Positions 13,591 to 26,375 of a stretch of 64,000 nucleotides of DNA are shown one piece after another. The notes beneath the pieces are model-generated. The model searched no databases and was not told the origin of the DNA. It was given only the letters and a program-made list of their open reading frames with translations. The position numbers were made by a program, and so were the translations under genes. The stretch is from the NCBI GenBank assembly GCA_964270895.1, contig OZ185439.1; one strand, written 5' to 3'. Source of the stretch: Podarcis filfolensis. Lineage: Eukaryota. The stretch's first letter is position 1; the number at the start of each line of letters is the position of its first letter.

Positions 13591-15175
13591 GAGTGACCTT
13601 GAATATCTTTTTCATAAAATGCATAAAAAACTCCAAAGCAGTTTACAAAAAAATATTCCTTTTAGTTCTTCTTAACAACACATGTTTACCATTAACGCTT
13701 CTCTGGAAGGAAGTGAATGGAAGACAGCCTGTTGGTAGCTTAATGCCTATCTGGACTACATTAATTTCTCAAGTAGTTTCCTCCTCAAAGGTATGTAAAA
13801 TAATAATAATAAAATGATATGCTGAATAGTGCTAAACAGATAACCAAATACATCACAGTATCAATGGAAATGGAAAAGTATTATCATATTTGACACCATT
13901 AATGTGTAAGGGACTTTGCAAAATAAACCAAGATGACAGTTGTGTGCATCTAAAAAGATGACACTGCCCTTTCAGTACTTTTTTGTGATGTCAGAAAATC
14001 TGAAATGTCTCCATTTTGAACTGGCCTGCAGCACTGGAATGCACCAAAAGAAATTTCCTCAGCATGCCTTGTTTCATGAGGGATGAGGTTTCTTTCCCCT
14101 TCCTAGAGGCATCTCCCTACTTTGTTCCATGCTGTGGCTCAACTGTGAGCTCAGCCCTTTCAAAAATCTATGCTGATTTCTAGCATGCAATTAACCGAAA
14201 CAGTTAACAACCATTATTCTTTCAAGAGCATCTTAGAGCAGATTCAGCTTATCAGTTCACTTGACTATTAGCAGATGTAACCAGTACATCCACTTCTGTT
14301 AATACCCTTCTTTGTTTTTTGACTGAGCACACTAATGCACAGTGACAAAGATTTTCCCCCTTTCCCTTTTGCTTACCAAGGTGCACCTACATTCGAGGAA
14401 ATGGCAGCTGCCAACAACCAACCAACTTAAATCAGTAAAAGGCTTTGCTCACACCTTGAGGAGAAGCAGTCCTCATCAATCTCCATCACAAGTGGCCCAG
14501 ATGGAAACCATCACAGCTGTGACTTGGTATAATTCATGCCACTCTGCAAATCTTTTCTATTGATCTATCTGCTTGGTGTAATCTCTGTATTGAATTCTCT
14601 GATGCCCCTCATTACACTTCCCTGACTTCTACAATGTCCCATTTCAAAATGCAGCTGTGCCACTGATGAATGAAGAAATGGAATGCCCAGACCTTTCTAG
14701 TGTTTCACTATTACAGCTGTCTATCTTTTTCACATGGCTACATACAATCTTCAGCCAAAGGAAGCACACATGCCCCTAGATGTGAATTAAAAATACTTCA
14801 GGTGTAACGGTTGTTTTGGTTATGGATGTCCTGGTCTTGCTGTGTAGTGACAGCAGGCTGGTGTTCCCCCTCCCTCTTGGTCACCCAAAGAAATTCTTAA
14901 AAATAGCTGCAATGCATATAAGATTCTCATCAATAAAGTGACTCGACTGCTCTAGAATATATGCATGATTTTAGTAGGAAATTGATGCTAAGCAATAGCC
15001 TGGTCTGATGCACAATAGCTAACCAGATCTGTAGGAAAGAAATGACCTTTTTGTAGGTCAGATGCTAACATAATCTGTTCTGCTGTCCCAATTCTATTTG
15101 CATTCCGTGGAGATCTGTGAAATCTCTGATTTGCACAAAACTAAGTGAAATGGATCACACTGGTGCAGACCTTAC

Positions 15176-15187
15176 CTGGCAAAATGA
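15176..15187 (-). other. Candidate 12-nt microexon
   Basis: Minus strand: ...tgcattttattcatcttaagacttgtttgtttgtacag|TCATTTTGCCAG|gtaagg; pyrimidine tract, canonical AG/GT, strong CAG|GTAAG donor, frame-preserving length. Confidence 0.35.
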
Positions 15188-15814
15188 CTGTACAAACAAA
15201 CAAGTCTTAAGATGAATAAAATGCAAAATGGGAAAGGCACAATTTGCATGTCCTTCCAAGAAGTGTGTGTTACCTTCCCATGCATCTTAAAACTAGACTG
15301 TTTGCAATGCATTGAAGTGAATAGGGGCCCTTGATAACTGTCAACCCTGCTGGGGTGAGTGGGTGCAGAATTCAATAGGACTTGTCTCTACCCACCCTTC
15401 CAATCACAGATAGAATTAACATAGCACTGTCCATGATGGCAGTACTGAACACATCAATGCAAACAAAATAGGCAAAGCAAATTGAAAAATATTGCTGTGA
15501 TGAACAACAAAATATGTTTCAAACATCATGTGTCCCTATTTTTCTCTCTCATTTCTACCTCTATGTCACAGGGTTGCTGACTGTCCCCCTACCAACACCG
15601 TCACCACATGACCAATTCAGGGAAGAACATTAAGCAACACATGGTAGGCTAGCCTTTGTACACATAAGAGGCTTGTTTCAGCCCACTGTGGTTGCAAATC
15701 CCATGAAGAATTTGTGAGCTATATGCAAATTAATTGAAACAAACAATGGATTTAGTACAGTACTTTATTGTACAAAACTCACATATACATGTATAAAAGT
15801 CACATATACATACA

Positions 15815-16345
15815 TTAGTAACTTATATCACCTCCATTATTTTTAAGCGGTATTTGAACATGGTTTGGCAGGGAGTCTACTAGTTTCAAACAGTCACTGT
15901 TGATTTTCGGATCCCTGTACCACACTTGAATCAGCGCCTGAATGAGCTTCTCCATAGTTGTACAGTCTACATCACAGCGGTGACTTTTGCATATAGCCCA
16001 CAAATTCTCAATGGGATTTGCATCCAGGGCCAATCCTGGCCCTGGCCAATCCTGGCCAATCAAGTACCTGTATTTGCTGCTCTGTCATGAATTCCTTCAC
16101 CACTTTCGATGTGTGACAGGGGGCTAGGTCCTGCTGCAATATCCGAGTACCGTCAGGATACCTCTTTTCCAGCTCTGGAATAACTCTCTTTCATAGAACC
16201 TCAATATATTGTGGCGAGCACATCATCCCTTCTATTGACTGCAGGCTTCTGACGCCATAATAATGGAAGCATCACCAAAACATCTTGTTTTGTGGGTCCT
16301 TGACAGACTGATCAATGTGCCATAGAAAACATGCTTTGTTTCAAT
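15815..16345 (-). mobile_element. Tc1-family transposase remnant (DDE domain C-terminal half), pseudogenised
   Basis: Minus translation includes KMFW*CF, ILQQDLAPCHTSKVVKEF, VLDWPG and NPIENLWAI (second D and E of the DD34E triad); in-frame stops; no TIRs identified. Confidence 0.9.
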
Positions 16346-16410
16346 TAATTTGCACAAGGGTGTAAATGTTGATAGTTGCCAATTTTTGAATTTTCCTTTT
16401 TACACACACA

Positions 16411-16413
<3 letters not shown>

Positions 16414-16441
<28 letters not shown>
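16414..16441. repeat. (GT)n microsatellite
   Basis: Read directly. Confidence 0.95.
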
Positions 16442-16444
<3 letters not shown>

Positions 16445-18186
16445 CAGTACATATATATCGATAAGAGATATTTTCGAACTTAGTATACTACTGCCACTGC
16501 AAGTGGTGAATTCCATTGCTAAAAAATGGATAATTTCTCCTCCTCCTAGGGAAATTTTGTGAAATAGTTTCCCCAGTTTCTCTGTCCAGAAATAGGATGG
16601 ATTATTACTAAAGGCCATCTGAGCACAACTATTTTGAACAAGCAAATGACAGAGAGTTACTGACTTGTGTCACCATTTGCTGAATACGTTCGGTTCATCC
16701 AGCTTCAGGGTAATTCGAACATTATACATTTAACTTTTACTACACAAGAAAGCTGCGCATAAGAAGAATTTCCCAAGTACTTTGCCCTGATTAGTAATTG
16801 ATTACCTGTTTCACATTACTGCTTTCAATATTCATTCTTAATGATTTCATTAAATGTGCAGGGCTCGATAAGCCTCATTGCCATAAAGGAATGGGGTTTT
16901 CATTCTGAGAGGGAACTAGAGTGGACAGTACAAATCATGCTGCCATTGGCTCCATAATATTCTTTGACATGGGTAGATAGTGACTTTTAACTAGTTACAG
17001 CGTAAGTTATTATACCCTGTGGTGCTAGGGCTCATACATAACTCGACTGTGGTTTACTGAAAACAGAAGCAAAAGCTTCAGATCTCCTCTTTGCAGCCAT
17101 GAAAGAGAAGAAGGGAACAGGGAGCCCATGATCCCAAGGCTCATTCACATCATGATAAAATGTGATTTATTGTTGCATCCGAATGCAGTCCCTCTCTTTC
17201 ATGTACACATTCTATTTGCAATTGGCAGATTAGTAATATTAAAGCAAACAGTGTATAAAGTCATGCTAAGGATTTGTGCTGGACTGAGTTTTCACGAGGT
17301 TTGATTTTTTTTCAATGCAAAATTGCTTTTTCAAGGGAGGGAAGCCCCCATTCACGTAAAGTAGTTTGAGGAAAGAGTGGCAGGGACTGACTGCACAGTG
17401 GATTGCCTCCTTTAAAGGGCTAGTGTAAAGGAGACTATCCATTCTGCAATCTGAATTCCTCCAACTCTTTTAACAAAATATCTGCCAAGGGAGTAGAAAC
17501 AACGCAGCGAGCACTGGGGATTGTCTCCTTTTGAACTCCAAAAATGCTTGCCTCCTTTCAAAATGCTAAAGTGATATTATCATTTTAAAAGGGGGAAAGG
17601 AAGCAAACATTTTCATCCCTTTTTCAGACATCGTACCCCAAAAAAGATCACTGGAAGTGGTAGAAAGGTTTTTAAAAGCTGTAAAGGGAACTATTTTGGC
17701 AAGGCTGTAGTGTGGATTAATGAGATAATGTCAGGAAAGCATCTGAACACTAAAGCAACAATGACTAAGCTTTTCAGCAAGTGTGCCACATAACAAGTCC
17801 AAGGAACAAAGCACACATCCTGATTCACACTGCTATACACATGCAAGGAGCATGCCTTGGTGCAATTCTAGTCCTCGTCTACTGAGCAAGAGAGAGAGAG
17901 AGATAGGAAAGAGACAAGACCTAATTCTAGGCCCATATACCCCCAGACTGCAGTCTAGAAATATGACAACCTCTCACTGTTTCTGGTGTTTTGCTGCAAG
18001 TCAGCCACCTATTCCCCAAAGTGCTCTATAAATGTCACACATTATTAAACTGGGTAAACAGCTGGTTATTTTGTTGTTGTTTCCTTTCTGTCCAAAAGTC
18101 AAATCTGTAAAACAGGATAACAACAACAACAATGATGATGATGATAATACTACTATTCATCATACAAAACCGTGAGGAATGAGCTA

Positions 18187-18428
18187 CAGTGGTACCTTGG
18201 GTTACAAACACCTTGGATTATAAACACTTTGGGTTACAGACTCCGCTAACCCGGAAGTAATACCTCGGGTTAAGAACTTTACCTCGGGATGAGAACAGAA
18301 ATTGTGTGGCGGCGGCACAGCAGCAGCAGGAGGCCCCATTAGCTAAAGTGGTACCTCAAGTTAAGAGTGGTTTCAGGTTAAGAACGGACCTCTGGAACAA
18401 ATTCAGTTCACAACCAGAGGTACCACTG
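18187..18428. mobile_element. Tigger/pogo-like MITE, same family as 4606-4847, opposite orientation
   Basis: TIRs CAGTGGTACC / GGTACCACTG; TA flanks; internal GGAGGCCCCATTAGCTAAAGTGGT is the reverse complement of sequence in the 4606 copy. Confidence 0.92.
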
Positions 18429-20969
18429 TACTGAAAAGCAGAGCTGTAGTCTCTTTTAGATATTGTAACAGATGCTGTCCTTTGTGGAGGGTGGGGTTTG
18501 GGCAACTATAGTAGGCAAAGAAAGGGATAACAATAGCCAGGGCACTGCAAAACTGTAATTCTGTAATTTACCTCTGAGGGAAATGAGTAGGATTGCCAAA
18601 ACATCCAGGTAGGGACTGCAAAAGCAGCCAAAAGAGCACTGAGCATGTGTAGTGGCTATGCAATATCACGGTGGCTGCCTGTTGGACAAGCTAAAATACA
18701 ATCATAAAAAATAATACACAAGCAGCAGCAATCACGTATCTTTGAAAAGTCCTTTCTACTTTGCTTGTAATTCCTTCCCTAACACAGATTTTGCCTTTTT
18801 CACTGCCACAGCTCATCAAACCGACAATTTTCATTGAGATTGCCACTGTGACCAAGTTTGCTTTCCAAATAATCACAGCTAGTTCCTACCTCATCACTAC
18901 AATTAATTTTACATTTAGTGACAATGCATTACTCCTGGAGAGAAGGTACCAAATACCTTCGGGAACATACTCTCAGAAAAGAACTGCCAAAACGTAGCTA
19001 TGTTACATACCAAAAAAACAGACACCAGTGACACTTAAAAAGTGATAATGAATTCAAAGGTATTACCACCTACTCCACATTCAGTAAACTCCAACTGCTA
19101 ATTTTTGAAGCTGTGTTCAAACAAGGTTAGCCACAATCCAAAATTAACCTGTAGTTTCTTGAGAAATACTGCTGTTTGATGCATTTTCCCCTCAAACCAG
19201 GTTCATTCTGGCCAGAAAAATTGACATATTCACTCTTGGATTATGAATCTCAAATAAGCAACAGGCTGGCAAATAGTTTTTACAGACCCATAAAGAAAAC
19301 AAACAACAGTATCTTATTGCACAATGTATCACATGAATAAGCAAAATTTAGAAACTATTGATCAATGCAACATTGTGCTTTTAAGTGGCAGAACAGCAAG
19401 ATCTGTGCTCTTTCGTAGGAAACCATATGCAATTAAACCACTCATCTAAGTTCCACATTTATTTCTTTATTTAAATATTAAAAAATGAACAGAAGCACAC
19501 CTAAATATATGTGCCTTTAAAAATATTGTATAGGTGCATGCTCACATCTTTGGCATTGTGGCTGGTAGTCACATAAGTCTTACTGAACGTGTAGACCTAT
19601 TGAAATAAAGGACCTCAACTTAGATATGTTTCTTAATTTCAGTGGATTTACTCTGAGTAAAATGTTGTTGAACACCACCCTACATTAACCTTTATGATGG
19701 ACAAGTAAGTCATACTATTTGGATGGAGAACTATGCAGAATTAAATGACCAATGAAAAATTATTTGGAAATAAGAGGTGGAATCAAATCCGCTTTGGGAG
19801 GACTGTTTCTCCAACTGGATGGAAGAATTTGTGGATATGAATATACACTTGGAAATTAGAGGTATGTGAGACAGCCGCCACCACACCCTTCAAAAAGATT
19901 CAATTTTTTGTTTTGCTACAAAATTCCTCAGATATTTTACCCAGAAGCTTGCTTGCTACAAATTTTGCTTTAGGGGAGATGCAGCATTCATGCACAGTAC
20001 CATAAAATTTCTTCCTCATATACTTCCGAAGCTTCCTCACACTTTCCTTCATATCCATTGTTTGTCTTTGTCTTTCTAGGAACCACCTTATTAGGTTGCT
20101 CCCTTCCTCAGCGATTCAAGCAGAGCACTCATAGTTTGACTACTGAAACAGTAAAGGTAGTCAACAGCTGGGGCAGGTCCGCACAACTTGAGAATGAATG
20201 CGGCACAGCAGCCTTGGATGAGGCCTGCCAGGTGATTGACAACTTCCCTGCTTTTTCATCCCAGGCAGGCAGCAGAAACAGAAGATTTATAGAGTTGCTG
20301 GTGGGTACTCTATAAGACTGCTCAGCTGAAATCAGCTTGATGAGCCATAAATTGTTCGGGCTGACCTAGGATGTCATCTTGGGACCATTGCCCAGGACAA
20401 AACCTCCATGCTCTATTGCAAGGATCATACCTATGAGGTTTTAAATAAAATCCAGCCCTAAATGGGGTAAGCATGTACCCCACCTCTCCAGCATGTCAGG
20501 ACTCTCACATTTCCGGTAATGCTTCAAAAAGAGAAATTACAGATGCTTTACTAAGAATTTAAAATGTGTCAATTACCAAAAAAAGGGGGGGTTGGTAAAT
20601 ATTTTCTTGCACTTTAATGATTATTTCAAAGAACTATGGCAAAAAAAGACAAGTCTCAATTGAAATCAAGAAAGAAAGACAGTACATTGGGTTCAGACCA
20701 AGTTACCTGAACTTAGGTCCCACTGAAATCAATGTGAAATGTTATTTCGTGACTACGTTGAGTCTTACGGGTTTTAATGTGAATTACATTAAAATAGTTT
20801 AGTCTGTGTCCAAAAATAAAGATAAAGATTGAAATCAAAATCTCTAAGGGAGGGGGAAGTGGTAAACAAGCCCCAAGATCTGTTACATTTTAAACAGAAC
20901 GAGTGAACGGGGGAACAAAGCAAAACCAGAATGTGAGTAGATAAGCAATAATATACAGAGCTCTTTCCC

Positions 20970-21777
20970 AAGCTCTGTGAGGAAGACCTTTCATTGCCTA
21001 CAGACAGCCACCCAATCTTAACTCCTTACCCACAATAATACAGTAACCAGACTTAACATGGTACCAGAGCCTGCAATAAACCCAGATGCCAACTTTGCTA
21101 CCACATACACCCAGACAACACCATCACTGGACCCAACAACATTAAACATACCATATCAGGCCTACTTAATTGCTCATCTTCTAACATTGTGTATGCCATC
21201 AAATGCCAGTAGTGCCCTTCAGCTCTTTATATTGGACAAACAGGTCAAACCCTACATCAAAGGATAAATGGACACAAATCTGACATCAGGAATCATAAGA
21301 CAGAGAAGCCAGTAGGAAAACACTTCAGTTTCCCAGGACATTCAATACAGGATCTCAAAGCAGCTGTCTTATTACAAAAGAATTTCAGAAACAGACTTGA
21401 AAGAGAAGTTGCTGAATTACAACTTATTACTAAACTGAAAACTATAGAGAGACCTGGTCTGAATAGAGATACTGGATTCTTGTCTCATTACATATGCTAA
21501 AGCTATTTTTGGTCATCTGCATACTATCCCTTGCTTTTTCCTGTAGGACTAATTGCAGTCATTAACAGCCATCAACAGGTTTACCATACCCGTTGAGTCA
21601 TTTACCCATCTCCTACAACCCTTCTGAGAAAAACCCTACCCTCCCACTATATATAAGGGTGTGGTGACTTCTGTTTCAGTGTATCTGAAGAAGTGTGTAT
21701 ACACACAAAAGCTTATACCCAGAACAAACTTAGTTGGTCTCTAAGGTGCTACTGGGCATTTTTATTTATTTATTTCG
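20970..21777 (+). mobile_element. Penelope-like retroelement 3' fragment encoding a GIY-YIG endonuclease
   Basis: Translation ...ACNKPRCQLCYHIH...NCSSSNIVYAIKCQ*CPSALYIGQTGQTLHQRINGHKSDI...HFSFPGHS...REVAELQLITKL...GLNRDTGFLSHY; typical terminus CTGAAGAAGTGTG...AAAGCTTA...GTTGGTCTCTAAGGTGCTACTGG. Confidence 0.92.
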
Positions 21778-23679
21778 ATAACATACAGTATTAGTTTCCT
21801 CTACTCAAGACTTTTCATGTTCTCTTTTGATGCAAGGTCACATTGCCCACCTTCCTGCATTGGCTGGGAACCAAAGTATCACACAAGTAGCTCCATCCAC
21901 AGACCTCTGGACGGTTTATTGAACAGCAGCCCCCCCCCCAATTACATGCAAAACCATTTCTAAAACTGAGCACACTCTCATAAGTAGCTTATAATGATTC
22001 AGTACCCAAAAGTGTTGATGAAGGTTTGAGGATGGGCAATCCCACTGGGAAAATGTTCATACTCTTGAATATGCCTAAAATAGCCTTTAGGATCCCGACC
22101 CTGGATACGATCTTTTATGACTCATTCATGCTCCCTTACTCACTCCTCCGTCTGCAATTCTTTTTACTGATCTCTCTCTCTCTGCTTTCCTATATCTTTA
22201 TCAAAGACACCAGGGCACCCGAGATTCCCTTCTGCATAGCAATGCCGTCAATTTTATCACATAGGCTTCATTAAGAGAAGTGCACCATAAATTATTAGCT
22301 ATGGTGTGAAGGTCTAAAGTGAGCCTAGTTAGATTGCCTTGTGCACTGTGAAATGTCTAGAAAGTCGACATAATTAATTTATGGAATATTTAACTTGCCC
22401 AAAATAGAGTTGGAGTTAATACTCACTTAGCACCAGTATGATTGATATTCTGTGAAAATGGGCAATTGCCCATGAGGATCCCTCTCTCTCTTCAAACAGA
22501 GCACAAACTCTGACCTTGTAGCTTGTCTGATCTCTCTCTTGAATCTCTTACATGGAAAGCAAATTTAAAATAAAATAATAATAAACCCTGCAATTGTTCC
22601 TAGCCTTTAGCCGAGTTCCTTCATTCCTGACAAGCATAATAAATTTGACATGCTGCTTCTAAATTCGCTGCCTTTCTGCAAATAAATCTTACTTGGGCCT
22701 TCCTTGTTTAAACCAATAAGCTACCCCAGGGGCATGGATTCCAGTGTGAGCACCTCACATTTTACAAATGAACAGTTAATGGAACTACAAAAAGAAGAGG
22801 TTACCCCAAGGGAAAGATATTGTGGAAAGAATCTAGAACAATAAATATTATGTCCCTTTTTTCACAGGAGATCCTTTCAATGCCTCTCTCATTATGGGCG
22901 CAGCGCTATGCTACAGTTACTATTTTGAATAGGGAATGCACATCTAATGGGGCCCCATACTGCTTTCCTGCCCCCAAACACCCCTAGCTAATATTTGCCT
23001 CCAGAAAGTGGTTTAATCAAAACAGCATATTTGGTTTCAAATAACAGCTGGAGGGGGGTGGGTGTCAGAGGTCCTGCAGCAGATTTTTATTCAAAATAAA
23101 AGTGGCCTGTTTCAGAATACTTTTTAGCAAGGGGGTTTATCATACCTTGTCATTTTACCCCAAGAGTTCCACATGTAAGTCTGTATTTCACTTGATAGCA
23201 ACTGAAAAGTTTGTTTCGCTAGTCCCTCAGGCTCTGAGGGGTCTATTAAAACAGAACAACCATTTCTCTGGCGCTTAAATGAAAGACAAGCAAAACTGTT
23301 TGCTGTCCTTCTCAACCATTAGACCAAGGAAATTATTATTGGGAAATTTAAATTAGCATGATTCCTTGCTACAACGTACTGAGGCAACTGCCTCAAGTGA
23401 TCGAGTGTGGGCAACATTAAAGGGTGTCAGATTGCCATTCTTGTTATTTATTCTTCCACCGTGTGGGAAGGCTTGGCATGTTGCCTCGGGTTCCAAAACG
23501 TCGTCTACTGTCCCTGCAGACAACCCTATCAGACAGGCCTAAAGCCTGCATGGTGCCATGGGGCAGGTTTGGGAAGTGAAGTGAAGGTAATTTCGATTGG
23601 TGATTTAAAAAAAAAAAAACACCAAGGAAAAAAACCCAAGCAAGAAATAATGAGGTAAAGACAAATGCCTTTTAGTTTG

Positions 23680-23815
23680 CCTGTCTTCCAAGTCATGTGT
23701 AAAATTTTTCGGAGACACCGTTGATGGAATCTTTCAAGGAGCTGGAGCTGGAGTTTATAAGTGGTCCACATTTCACAAGCATACAGTAAAAGGCTGGTAG
23801 TACAATAGCTTTTTA
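23680..23815 (-). mobile_element. RTE-clade LINE fragment (post-RT region)
   Basis: LLYACEMWTTYKLQLQLLERFHQRCLRKILHMTWK matches the RTE motif LLYGCEtW...LE.FHqRCLRkIL.I.W. Confidence 0.85.
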
Positions 23816-24981
23816 AACAACCATTTTTCACATAAGCACACAGTTGATGACTGAAAACAGAATGCTATACTAGACAGACCACTGGCCTGATCCAGCAGGT
23901 CTTTCTTATGTTCTTGGGTCACTATATTGTACTTCCATATCATGCAACATTTCTACATCACTGCAATCCACTATGAGGATATGAATGGCACCAGCATGGA
24001 AACGTTTTCTTTGATTCAAAGGTACCATTGCTGGCTGGTTGTATTAAGTTATGTATGTTAACTGGGCTAGGCATAAGAAACATATTCAGAGAGAAGGATT
24101 GCCACACAATTTAATCCTGGCCAGAAACTTTTGCCCTGGAATTGAAATCTGATATGTGACTTAATTAAAGGTGATATCCTTCCTCATCTCCTGGAGGCAA
24201 AATCACCCCATCTTCATAACAAAACTCCTAAATATTTGTATTCCTTACTATACCTTCTCTGTTAAATTTTAAAGAATATTTTCAGTAGCAAAAACGCTAG
24301 GTTGAATGACTGATACACACGAGAAATCAAAAGCTCAAAATGCACAACAACCTCTCCTCCAAAGACCTTTTGTATGTGTGAATTATTAGTTAATAATGTC
24401 GAGAAATAATTCTGCTTGAAGCACTGACTTAAAATTCTCCGGAGCAGGAAAGCAAAACAAATGCCAAAATAGGCTATTTATAATGTCTCCGGAAAACCTG
24501 CAGTCACAAGCTCACTTCTCACAGCAAAAGAAAGGCATTCTCTGCCTCCCCATCCCACACAGGCTGTAAGCGCACAGATCACCTCATTTATTGTGCCATT
24601 TCAATGGGCATCACGTAACAACATACTGTGTCTGCCTGCCATTCATCACTAATAAATAAATAAATATCCAGGGAAGTAAACTGAGCCAAAATCAGGAAAG
24701 CTGCAGAAACATTCGATCCCTAGATAATTAGTCATCCACAATAAGTGCTGTGATTATTCTAGCAATAATGCCTGACTTACACTGGTTGCCTCCAAATGAT
24801 CAGCATTTTGCGGAAGGGATTCAAGTGTATACTAGGAATTTAGGTTTGCGCAATTAGAGTGGATTAAAGTGCCCTGGGCTCATCTAGACTTCCTTTTGCA
24901 TCAAGGTTCCAACACACAAGTCTGGAATTTAAAGCTCTGTGTCTGAGCATTTTGTTTTTTTGTCCCAGCACTTTCCCTGTG

Positions 24982-25375
24982 TGTTATAGTTTCATTGCAG
25001 GTCCGCAACGTTCAGAGCTCAGTGGAATGGGAGGCCAGCCAGCCAGAAGAGTCTCTGATGTGTACTTGCCTGGAGGCAGAGTCAGCATCCGAAGTTGGGT
25101 CCAGTTCTACGGTCAGGTGAACACCAATCTGCCTGGTCAGATGGTCCACGGGTCAGGGAATCCAATGATCATGGGGTGAAGAAGAGCAGGAAGCAGCAAG
25201 GTAGGGCCAAGAACTACAAGTGTTTCCATCATCTGACTGCCACTGGAAGCTCTGCTTAAGAAGGCTAAAGCCTACTGGCACTCATTAGACCTTCTCCTCT
25301 GAATCCTTGAAGGCTTTGGCTGCAGGTGGAGTCACTCTACCTTCTCCCCCTTCAGTTCAGCAGGTATAGTTGACA
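24982..25375 (-). mobile_element. Possible degenerate solo LTR (Gypsy-like)
   Basis: TG...CA ends (TGTTAT / TTGACA); GC-richer than flanks; layout resembles 35081-35683; no TSD found. Confidence 0.4.
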
Positions 25376-26028
25376 CTAGGAAAATACATGTTTTACCACT
25401 GAATTGGAGCAGTCAATTGGGTTTTCCATGGATTGCTATTTGCTCTGATCCAGCAGCAAAATAGTAGTTTTCCCTGGGAAAATACTGGGACAAAAACAAT
25501 TTAAAGCATGGACTTGTGCCTTGAAAATGTAGCACAAAAGGAAGTCTAGATGAGCCCTCCATCTTCTTTTTAAAATGACTTTGCAATTAGGGAAGTCACA
25601 GGGAGATGTGAAGAATGTATGGGGTGAACAATTAACAGGAAAACACTGCAGATGCAAATTAGGTGAACAGTCATTTTCATATAAGCTCTCCCCAACAAAT
25701 CCGAATAAATGCCTAATAAAGAATGTACATAAGCTAATGTCTGCAATTGCTTTGTGCAAGTAAATCAGGATGAATGCTCAATAAATAGGTCATAGTCTCC
25801 TCCAGACAATCTATAGAACAATATAGAACGTTCCTCCTGACTCACTTGCACAAGGTAAAAAGGTTGCTCTCTTAATACCAAGAGCAAACAAACATAGGTA
25901 TTTGGACAATTAACGAACTGGAGCATCAAAAAGGTGATGGTGGCGTTAACTAATGTTTTTGCATCACTACTGTGTCCAGTACCCAGGGACTCTCTGCACT
26001 TTAATATCACAGTAAGAATGGGGGGAGA

Positions 26029-26375
26029 GGGATGCAGGTGGCACTGTGGGTTAAACCACAGAGCCTAGGACTTGCCGATCAGAAGGTCGGCGGTTCGAAT
26101 CTCCGCAACTGGGTGAGCTCCCATTGCTTGGTCCCTGCTCCTGCCAACCTAGTTCGAAAGCACATCAAAGTGCAAGTAGATAAATAGGTACCGCTCTGGC
26201 GGGAAGGTAAACGGCGTTTCCGTGCACAGCTCTGGTTCGCCAGAAGCAGCTTAGTTATGCTGGCCACATGACCCGGAAGCTGTACGACGGCTCCCTTGGC
26301 CAATAAAGCGATATGAGTGCCACAACCCCAGAGTCGGCCACGACTGGACCTAATGGTCAGGGGTCCCTTTACCTT
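26029..26375 (+). mobile_element. Sauria SINE, full length
   Basis: GGGATGCAGGTGGCACTGTGGGTTAAACC...CCCTTTACCTTT; 14-bp TSD TAAGAATGGGGGGA at 26013-26026 and 26376-26389. Confidence 0.96.

Noticed and set aside
16806-16904. Minus-strand exon-like segment with CAG|GTAATC donor
   Set aside because: Stops in all three frames.
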